64,000 nt of DNA from positions 64,001 to 128,000 of the IMG/VR virus record IMGVR_UViG_3300030497_000008; one strand, 5' to 3'. The translations under genes were made by a program, and so were the position numbers. The first letter of the stretch is position 1; each line of letters begins with the position of its first letter. This DNA comes from a virus. The notes under the pieces were generated by a model that ran no database searches, was not told the DNA's origin, and was given only the letters and a program-made list of their open reading frames with translations. This document shows positions 57,319 to 64,000 of the stretch, piece by piece.

Positions 57319-60300
57319 ATGTTGAAAATATTGTTCGCGCAAGAATTCATCAGAGAAGACCACATGAAGATACAGAAGGATAAAACGTTAAAAAACGTCT
57401 TTCTATCTACCGATGCAGGTGGTATGCTAAAGTCCTTAATAACAACAGGGCTTGGCTTAAAGAGGGACGAATTTTACATTGACTACGCATTCCATAAAGT
57501 ACCTAGAGTAACAAAACGAGGAAGAAACAACAGAGCGACGCAATATGCACAGCCTAAGACAAAAGAGCTGAACCCAGAGTTCGACGAGTTCCGAGCCAGA
57601 ATTATTCGGGACAAACCAGACATCGTAGTTCCCTCAGGTAACTTAGGATGTAAAGCCCTTATCAACAAGGCTTCTATCTCTACTGTACGTGGTGTACCTA
57701 GAAAAGAGATTATCACTTCTACTCTTACAGAAGAGACGCATGAGTGTTGGATTCTTCCGATGTACTCGATGGAGTATATGCTAGTAAGTCCGAAGATTCA
57801 AAACTTAGTAGAAGCAGACTTAGGGATTTTAAAGAAATACATAACAGAAGGCGAAGTAGCATTCCTACCAAAAGAGGTAACCTATGAGGATGCTACAACA
57901 ATTGAACGAGTTAGGGAGATATTCCAAAAAGAAGTTAAAAACGCTCCTGTAATCGCATGGGATTTAGAGACTAATACATTACATCCAGAACGGATAGGAG
58001 CAAAGCCTCTTGTAATCTCCTTATCTTGGAGAGAAGGTCAAGGCGTAACCATACCATTAGAACATAAAGACTTCACATGGCATATGGGGTACTTGGCGGA
58101 GATTTATAAAATGATTGAAGAGTTTGTTGGCGACCCAAACATTATAAAGGTCGCGCATAACGGTAAGTTCGATATGAGATTCCTACGTCTTACTAGAAAC
58201 ATCACCGTATTCAACAATGTACGAGATACGAAAACGATGTACTATTTACTAGTTAACCAAGACGTAAAAGGTTCATTAAAATTATCGGATTTAACATATG
58301 AATTTACCGATATGGGTGGGTATGATAGAGCTCTAGAGGACTTCAAGAAGAAGTACCTTGAAGATGCTAAGAAACAAGATGATATCCGTATCAAGAAGTT
58401 AAAAGAAGAGTGGAAAGCTCAATGTGATAGAGACCGTGCGGAGGCTAATGCGAAGATAAAAGAATATAAAGCAGAGCTTCGAGAGCTTAACAAGCAGATA
58501 AAAAGCGATGAAAGGGTTAATCAATCCTCAACGAAAGAGCGTTACATGCGCCGACAAGACCTTACAACGCTCATTGCAACTACGAAGTATGTGAAACCTA
58601 AGATGCCTGACTTCGGTACAGCTAAAGCTCCTAGAAATGAGATTGACGGGGAAGACTTCAATTACGAATGGATTCCATTATTCGAAATGCTTTCTCCGTA
58701 CGCTAGTGGCGACGTAGACGTGTGTTTACGTATTTATAATTCGTTAGCTGCTCGATGTACAAACAAAGGTCTAGCGAAGATTGAAGCCCTTTATACGGGG
58801 CATTATCCTGAGCTTGTTAATGTGCTTGCTAAAATTGAAGCAACAGGAATCAAACTAGATATTCCGTACGTTAAGCATCTAGCTAAAGTATATACGGAAG
58901 AAGAGAACAGATTACTAGGTCTGATTCGTGAATTTGACTTGATTAAGCAAGTAGAGGAAGAGAAGGACGCTTTATACGCTCTAGCTGTAGAGGAGATGTT
59001 AAAAGCTCCGAAAGACCGTGATAAAGAAATCCTTAAGCTTCGTAATAAGCTTAAAAACGAAGAAGACAGATTCTTTAATCCTAACTCATCGGAAGATAAG
59101 CAAAAAGCGATGTACAAGCTAGGTGGCATTGTCCTACCGTTTAACCGTGAGTATCTAGTAGACTCTGCGGTAGAGAATAACCTAGAAGAACATGAGATTG
59201 AATGGTATCATTATAAGGCAGATAAACACGCGTTCGAATACATATCAGCGAATTACCCAGAACATAAAGAACTAGCAGATTTATTCTTAGAGTTCTCATT
59301 AGTTAAAACGCGTAAACAAAGTTTTACATACAAGTTCCTTACAATGGTAGACCATCATGATATCCTGCATGGTTCATTCAACTCAGAGGGTACAGAAACA
59401 AGTCGTCTATCATCAGCAGCTCCTAACTTACAGAACTTACCTCGTAAGACAGGGGACGTGTTCCGATTCGATTATCAGCATCCTATTAAACGCGCATTCG
59501 TTACTAGATTCGAAGGCGGAGCGTTAATCCAGCTCGATTATAGCTCCCTAGAGTCCCGTGTAATGGCATTAGACGCATACGATGTCGATATGATTCGAGC
59601 ATTCTTTAACGGCGAGGACGTACATAAGCAAACTGCATCATTCGTATTCCGTAAACCGCAAGAAGAAGTAACAGATGATGAGCGTTCAGCAGCTAAGTCT
59701 ACTTCGTTCGGTCTTGCATACGGTGAAACACCACAGTCTTACTACAGTAAGCATGGTATGACATTAGAGCAAGCTACAAAACTATTCGATGACTTCTTCG
59801 CAGGGAAACCACGACTTAAAGAGTATATCGATGAGAACAAAGAACTTGCATTACAACAAGGTAATATTTCTTGTATGCAAGGGTTCACTCGTAACTTACG
59901 AGATGTGTACTCAAAAGATAAACAGAAACGCAATGCTGCACTTCGTCAGGCTACAAATACTCGTATTCAAGGTTCTGGTGCATTCTTAACGAATAACTCA
60001 TTAATCTACATCAACAACATGATTGAGAAACTGAACCTACGCTCTCGTATCGTATTAACAGTACACGATAGTATCGTAATCGACTGTCCACCAGATGAGA
60101 TTGAATTAATGGCTCATATTGGTAAGAGAGTCATGGAGAACTTACCTATCGATTGGTTGTGGATTGACTGGGAAGGTGAGAGACGTCGTTTCCCTATCAC
60201 AGCAGACGTAGAGATTGGTATAACTTACAACGATATGGTAGATTACAAGCCAGAAGACTTAAAAACATTCAAATCTGTAAAAGGTTACTGTGAATTCTAC

Positions 60301-60417
60301 GGTAAGAAAAAGCATATCAAGAACTGTAAGGGTTCTAAGGTTATTACAGAAGAGAAAATGGAAGAGTTATTCGAAGTGTTAGAAAAGAGCAAAGACTTAT
60401 ACCGACAAATCGCATAG
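57319..60417 (+). CDS. polA: Family A DNA polymerase with N-terminal UDG-like domain and 3'-5' exonuclease
   Basis: DLETN, AHNGKFD, YASGD exo motifs; TETSRLSS..PNLQN, DYSSLESR, RSAAKSTSFGLAYG, NTRIQG, VHDS polymerase motifs. Confidence 0.95.
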   Translation: MLKILFAQEFIREDHMKIQKDKTLKNVFLSTDAGGMLKSLITTGLGLKRDEFYIDYAFHKVPRVTKRGRNNRATQYAQPKTKELNPEFDEFRARIIRDKPDIVVPSGNLGCKALINKASISTVRGVPRKEIITSTLTEETHECWILPMYSMEYMLVSPKIQNLVEADLGILKKYITEGEVAFLPKEVTYEDATTIERVREIFQKEVKNAPVIAWDLETNTLHPERIGAKPLVISLSWREGQGVTIPLEHKDFTWHMGYLAEIYKMIEEFVGDPNIIKVAHNGKFDMRFLRLTRNITVFNNVRDTKTMYYLLVNQDVKGSLKLSDLTYEFTDMGGYDRALEDFKKKYLEDAKKQDDIRIKKLKEEWKAQCDRDRAEANAKIKEYKAELRELNKQIKSDERVNQSSTKERYMRRQDLTTLIATTKYVKPKMPDFGTAKAPRNEIDGEDFNYEWIPLFEMLSPYASGDVDVCLRIYNSLAARCTNKGLAKIEALYTGHYPELVNVLAKIEATGIKLDIPYVKHLAKVYTEEENRLLGLIREFDLIKQVEEEKDALYALAVEEMLKAPKDRDKEILKLRNKLKNEEDRFFNPNSSEDKQKAMYKLGGIVLPFNREYLVDSAVENNLEEHEIEWYHYKADKHAFEYISANYPEHKELADLFLEFSLVKTRKQSFTYKFLTMVDHHDILHGSFNSEGTETSRLSSAAPNLQNLPRKTGDVFRFDYQHPIKRAFVTRFEGGALIQLDYSSLESRVMALDAYDVDMIRAFFNGEDVHKQTASFVFRKPQEEVTDDERSAAKSTSFGLAYGETPQSYYSKHGMTLEQATKLFDDFFAGKPRLKEYIDENKELALQQGNISCMQGFTRNLRDVYSKDKQKRNAALRQATNTRIQGSGAFLTNNSLIYINNMIEKLNLRSRIVLTVHDSIVIDCPPDEIELMAHIGKRVMENLPIDWLWIDWEGERRRFPITADVEIGITYNDMVDYKPEDLKTFKSVKGYCEFYGKKKHIKNCKGSKVITEEKMEELFEVLEKSKDLYRQIA

Positions 60418-60426
60418 GAGGTACAC

Positions 60427-60624
60427 ATGGGTTTACTAAAACAATTATTCTGTATGCACACGAAGGTTTCTGATTCCTTCGGTGTTTACAGTAAAAAAGA
60501 AGGTAACGACAATCTGGTTATCCAATGGGAAGGTAAAAGGTGCGTAGACTGCTACAAATATTGGCATAAAGAGCGAGTTGAAAAAATTGAAAGAAATTAT
60601 TACGACCTGCTTGACTTTAAGTAA
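60427..60624 (+). CDS. Small Zn-binding protein
   Basis: LFCMH..CVDC. Confidence 0.7.
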   Translation: MGLLKQLFCMHTKVSDSFGVYSKKEGNDNLVIQWEGKRCVDCYKYWHKERVEKIERNYYDLLDFK

Positions 60625-60648
60625 AACTAGTATTATACTAAAAGTAAC
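60611..60648 (+). promoter_or_regulatory. Sigma-A promoter with two operator-like palindromes
   Basis: TTGACT-N17-TATACT; TTGACTTTAAGTAAA and TATACTAAAAGTAAC. Confidence 0.75.
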
Positions 60649-60669
60649 AAATGAAAGGGAGAGATTAAT

Positions 60670-60933
60670 ATGAATGGTATGGCAGACTTAAGTAAATTAA
60701 AAGGATACGATGAACTTCACCAATCGGTGACTGTTGCGACATTTAGAGATACATCAGAGCCTGTTAGGATGGAAGTGGCACTATTCGAGGTTGTCGATGG
60801 TGAAGCACTCGTAGAGTTATTCAGTAAAGACGAAAAGGATGGGGATGTCGTATCTATCGTTCTAGATGAGGAAAAAGTGGATGAACTAATCGAAGCACTC
60901 CAAAAAGCTAAGAAACTTAAGGAGGAGCTATAG
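60670..60933 (+). CDS. Small acidic protein
   Basis: GGGAG SD. Confidence 0.75.
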   Translation: MNGMADLSKLKGYDELHQSVTVATFRDTSEPVRMEVALFEVVDGEALVELFSKDEKDGDVVSIVLDEEKVDELIEALQKAKKLKEEL

Positions 60934-60934
60934 T

Positions 60935-61204
60935 ATGTTCGTTGAAAGTGTAGGTACTAGAATACTCCGAGATGTAGATAATACTAAAGAAATGATGAGT
61001 ATGTCGGGTTACATCGCACACGGTAAGGACGTTAGAGTAGACTTCACAACGTTCAAAGAAACAGGAGAAACAATAACTATCTCGGCTGATGAGGCTACAG
61101 TAGAACTAGCAATCAAAAATCTACAAATGTTATTAGCAAGAGCTCGCGCAAAAGTAGAGTTAAGAGAGGATGGAGACCATTGGCAGGAAATCGACAAAGT
61201 TTAA
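60935..61204 (+). CDS. Small hypothetical protein
   Basis: GGAGGAG SD. Confidence 0.75.
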   Translation: MFVESVGTRILRDVDNTKEMMSMSGYIAHGKDVRVDFTTFKETGETITISADEATVELAIKNLQMLLARARAKVELREDGDHWQEIDKV

Positions 61205-61455
61205 CAATATACTTCAACACAGAGGACGAAGGTACAGAATTCGAATACACGAATTGGTTTATCGAGGACGAGCTAGGACATCAAATTGATAGCGGCAGCG
61301 GCAAGAAGTATTTCTATGTCGGAGAAGTTTATACATATGATGAAGTTGAATATATCGTGCAGAACGTGTACGACATAGGAGGTTACACGGCAGTTGATGT
61401 CTCCACTCTAAAATTCGCAGATAATAAAGGCGGGTTGCTAGATGGACTTAGATAG
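61180..61455 (+). CDS. Small acidic protein
   Basis: TTG start with GGAG SD. Confidence 0.65.
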   Translation: MAGNRQSLTIYFNTEDEGTEFEYTNWFIEDELGHQIDSGSGKKYFYVGEVYTYDEVEYIVQNVYDIGGYTAVDVSTLKFADNKGGLLDGLR

Positions 61456-61786
61456 CTGGAAAGTAGAATTAATAGAAGATACCTTATTAACAGATGAACA
61501 AATGGGCTTCGAGCCTTGGCAAACAAGAATGATTATGGAAATGGAGTGTAATGAAGAGATGGAACTTAAAAAATATACAGGTGGTACATATTTTTGCAAG
61601 TCAGGTTTAGGGGATTCACTACGAATTGACCACGAGATTGATGAAAGTAATTTAATGGATAGTACTGTCGCTCTAACTATTCGCGATAACGACGAGAATG
61701 ATGCTTTCGATGTTATCTTAGATGTAGAAGATGTGATTCGAGTTCGAGATGAACTGGATGAATTTTTAGAAAAGGTGGTAAAATAA
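61442..61786 (+). CDS. Small acidic protein
   Basis: Coupled ORF, D/E-rich. Confidence 0.7.
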   Translation: MDLDSWKVELIEDTLLTDEQMGFEPWQTRMIMEMECNEEMELKKYTGGTYFCKSGLGDSLRIDHEIDESNLMDSTVALTIRDNDENDAFDVILDVEDVIRVRDELDEFLEKVVK

Positions 61787-61789
61787 CAT

Positions 61790-62047
61790 ATGTTAGAGTC
61801 GAAACATAAATGGTCTTTTATTGGCGATAATGATAGTGAATTTACAAAAGGACATACATATCATACAGTAGAACGACATCATACAAAATGGGCTAATATG
61901 TCAGAAGAGGAGTTCCGAAAGGAAATGAATGACGCATATCCTAATTACGATGCGTTAGAGGATGGTTACTTAATTTTTATTGGTGATTCTGGAGATGAAG
62001 TTTTAGTAGACCGCAGCTACTGGTTAGTAAACTTCTATAAACTTTAA
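61790..62047 (+). CDS. Hypothetical protein
   Basis: AAGGTGG SD. Confidence 0.7.
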   Translation: MLESKHKWSFIGDNDSEFTKGHTYHTVERHHTKWANMSEEEFRKEMNDAYPNYDALEDGYLIFIGDSGDEVLVDRSYWLVNFYKL

Positions 62048-62101
62048 TAGAAAGGGGTTGACGCCCCTTCTACTTTTGTGATAGACTTTACTTAAAGTAA
62101 A
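62048..62101 (+). promoter_or_regulatory. Terminator hairpin containing a -35, followed by a -10 and a perfect palindromic operator
   Basis: AGAAAGGGG-ttgacg-CCCCTTCT; TTGACG-N18-TAGACT (TG extended); TTTACTT-A-AAGTAAA at 62087-62101. Confidence 0.7.
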
Positions 62102-62119
62102 ATAAGAGGAGGAGTTATA

Positions 62120-62482
62120 ATGACTTGGGATATTTATACCAAAGAAGGTAAGTGGCTAGGGCACTGTGATAACTTGGAGACGAAAGAACATATGGAAATG
62201 TTTCGAGATTGTGAGTGCCGTGAACGTACTGTGGAAGACGAGATTGTAAACATGATGTCACCGTGGGACATGTCTGGTAATGAAGGAGCTATATCTTGGT
62301 CAGTTGTCTACGTAGGAGACTTTAAAGAAGATTGGAAGTTTACTATCACAGCAACGAATGAGAACGGGAATAAAAAAGAAGGTAACTATGAGCTGCAACG
62401 AAAACCTGTATTCGGGTTAGCCATGAGAGACACTTACGAGATTAATAAAATTTTGGACAAGCTAATTGAGGAGGTCAAATAA
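62120..62482 (+). CDS. Hypothetical protein
   Basis: GAGGAGGAG SD. Confidence 0.75.
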   Translation: MTWDIYTKEGKWLGHCDNLETKEHMEMFRDCECRERTVEDEIVNMMSPWDMSGNEGAISWSVVYVGDFKEDWKFTITATNENGNKKEGNYELQRKPVFGLAMRDTYEINKILDKLIEEVK

Positions 62483-62754
62483 TGTTACATGTTGTAAGGT
62501 TCTATAGTGACTTAGATGAGTGCTACCGTTTTAGGGTGTTTAGTTCAGATGACATGGTTGAGATTACGGGTAAAGGGTTCGCTGATTTTCATAAAGATGT
62601 TGTGTACAATTTTTACGGTAAGAGTTACATATTAGAAAAAGAAGTGAACTGGTACTCGCATCATGAGTTTATTTTCACAGAAGTGGGTTCAACACCGACT
62701 AGTTTACTAGGTGATTGGGTAGTTACTACAGATAAAGAGGAGGCGCTAGTATGA
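62482..62754 (+). CDS. Hypothetical protein
   Basis: GGAGG SD, coupled. Confidence 0.7.
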   Translation: MLHVVRFYSDLDECYRFRVFSSDDMVEITGKGFADFHKDVVYNFYGKSYILEKEVNWYSHHEFIFTEVGSTPTSLLGDWVVTTDKEEALV

Positions 62755-63062
62755 CGGGAACAGAAGCTTTAAGAGATAATATCACTTTTTATCTAAATGC
62801 AGAGAGACAGGCTACACAGCAGCTTGTACGATACATGAACATGCTAGATGATAAATACGATATTGAAATGCCTTTAAAAAATATATCATTTATAGACGAC
62901 GGTAACGAAACACCAGTACCAGTCGAAGTTGCGTATATAGATTACGACAATTACCTAATGGAGGTATCGTATACTCATCCGTACTCTGGTATTAAAACTA
63001 TGACATGGGTAACGCTAGAGACTATTGCTAAATTCGCAACACTTACGGAGGTGCAAAAGTAA
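62751..63062 (+). CDS. Hypothetical protein
   Basis: GGAGG SD, ATGA overlap. Confidence 0.7.
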   Translation: MTGTEALRDNITFYLNAERQATQQLVRYMNMLDDKYDIEMPLKNISFIDDGNETPVPVEVAYIDYDNYLMEVSYTHPYSGIKTMTWVTLETIAKFATLTEVQK

Positions 63063-63226
63063 TGGAATCTGGAATTGAGTACGAGGTTAATGGGTTTAAG
63101 TATATGTTTGCTTTGCTTTGTTATATGTACTCTCCTGTAGGAGAAGAAAACTGGTCATTTGTACCTACGGATTCATACCACATGGAAGTTATCAAAGAAT
63201 TGGAGGGAATGAACATTGAGAATTGA
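63062..63226 (+). CDS. 54-aa hypothetical protein (not in ORF track)
   Basis: MESGIEYEVNGFKYMFALLCYMYSPVGEENWSFVPTDSYHMEVIKELEGMNIEN*, GGAGG SD, TAATG coupling. Confidence 0.6.
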   Translation: MESGIEYEVNGFKYMFALLCYMYSPVGEENWSFVPTDSYHMEVIKELEGMNIEN

Positions 63227-63503
63227 TGTTAGTAAGGTTGTAAATAAACAAAAAACGTACGAAATAGGAGATATTATCTGTATCGACAATTACATATACA
63301 CCATTGTACATATACCTTTATCAGATTTAGGCTCTAAACAATACATGTTACTTGGAGCTGACAGCTACACTTTAGCCAATGGTCAATGGGAGTCTATCGA
63401 TGAGATGATTCGTAGTTTAGAGAAGAGACTTAACACTTCTTTGCAGCACTTTCCTAAGAACGAATATAAACTTGTTTTACAAAAAGTAGTTGACAGACTA
63501 TAA
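63216..63503 (+). CDS. Hypothetical protein
   Basis: TTG start with GGAGG SD; YEIGDII motif. Confidence 0.7.
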   Translation: MRIDVSKVVNKQKTYEIGDIICIDNYIYTIVHIPLSDLGSKQYMLLGADSYTLANGQWESIDEMIRSLEKRLNTSLQHFPKNEYKLVLQKVVDRL

Positions 63504-63518
63504 CAAATATAGTAGAAT
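63490..63518 (+). promoter_or_regulatory. Sigma-A promoter
   Basis: TTGACA-N17-TAGAAT; 5' hairpin GGGAAGA-GAAA-TCTTCTC follows. Confidence 0.8.
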
Positions 63519-63563
63519 TATAGGGAAGAGAAATCTTCTCTATTTCTATTAAGGAGGGAAAAC

Positions 63564-63785
63564 ATGAATTTACGAGAGTTTGAAGAATTTATTGCGAATA
63601 TACGTGCGGCAGGTGCTACAGATGAGACGAGAATCATTTCGTACTCGTCAACTCCCTACGAGGAGATTGCAGACGTCGTGATGTTCGATAGAGACGATGA
63701 TAGCATTATCATCCAAGATACATATCCTACAGCAGAAGAATTTAATATACGTGAGGTGTTTATTTCGGGGGAGGCTTACCTATGA
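63564..63785 (+). CDS. Small acidic protein (GATD family, paralog of next gene)
   Basis: MNL.E....I...R..GATD. Confidence 0.75.
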   Translation: MNLREFEEFIANIRAAGATDETRIISYSSTPYEEIADVVMFDRDDDSIIIQDTYPTAEEFNIREVFISGEAYL

Positions 63786-64000
63786 GACTTGATGACTTAG
63801 AAGTTTTATTGAAAGAAGCTAGGAAACGCGGGGCTACAGATAGCTCAGAAATACATTTAGGTACAGACCATCCTTGGAATTTAACTGTCGAAACTGTATT
63901 TATCGATGGGGATAATGACGTCGTATTAGGTGACGCTGATGCTTTTTGGAATTTCCTTGCGTATGATTTAGAAGAGGTAACAGAGCCAGAGGTAGAATAG
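63782..64000 (+). CDS. Small acidic protein (GATD family)
   Basis: MRL.D....L...R..GATD; stop at window end. Confidence 0.75.
   Translation: MRLDDLEVLLKEARKRGATDSSEIHLGTDHPWNLTVETVFIDGDNDVVLGDADAFWNFLAYDLEEVTEPEVE

Noticed and set aside
44914-60417. Introns or inteins in nrdA, nrdB or polA, which are common in relatives
   Set aside because: The ORFs are continuous with all motifs at normal spacing. The inserts lack intein C/S...HN termini and LAGLIDADG motifs.
2200-61197. Minus-strand and nested ORFs in the track (e.g. 5265-5729, 6508-6969, 48962-49465)
   Set aside because: They are antisense or out-of-frame shadows of well-supported plus-strand genes, with no SD or recognisable motifs.
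1-64000. tRNA genes, CRISPR arrays, integrase or att sites, DGR template repeats
   Set aside because: Intergenic gaps are short and explained by terminators and promoters. I saw no cloverleaf, spaced repeat array, recombinase, reverse transcriptase or near-identical nucleotide repeat pair by eye.

Overview
This 64-kb window is a colinear, all-plus-strand segment of a large lytic myovirus, almost certainly Herelleviridae (Bastille/SPO1/Twort-like gene order). The host is probably Bacillus, judged from sigma-A promoters, GGAGG ribosome-binding sites and the protein families present. Positions 1-28.2 kb hold tail morphogenesis genes: the end of the sheath, tube, a 3D-domain moron, assembly chaperones, tape measure with glucosaminidase, NlpC/P60 hub, a very large spike/fibre, an S74-chaperone fibre and the baseplate. 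Positions 28.3-60.4 kb hold replication and nucleotide metabolism: SF2 helicase, HNH, two HTH proteins, DnaB, SbcD/SbcC, primase, dUTPase, resolvase, RNR alpha/beta, flavodoxin, thioredoxin, HU/IHF and family A DNA polymerase. Islands of small acidic ORFs under sigma-A promoters are interspersed. The most notable observations are: (1) an HNH gene inserted in the helicase 3' end with a synonymously recoded duplicate terminus; (2) a terminator-bounded 3D (YocH-like) gene with three phased WalR/PhoP-type boxes; (3) a recurrent 15-bp palindromic operator overlapping the promoters of the accessory islands; (4) a predicted UUU_CGN +1 frameshift in the tail chaperones; (5) carbohydrate-binding modules shared between two tail genes, one nested inside another; (6) DnaA boxes clustered around an initiator-like HTH gene. 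No tRNA, CRISPR array, intron or intein was seen. All assignments come from reading motifs and synteny by eye, with no database searches.
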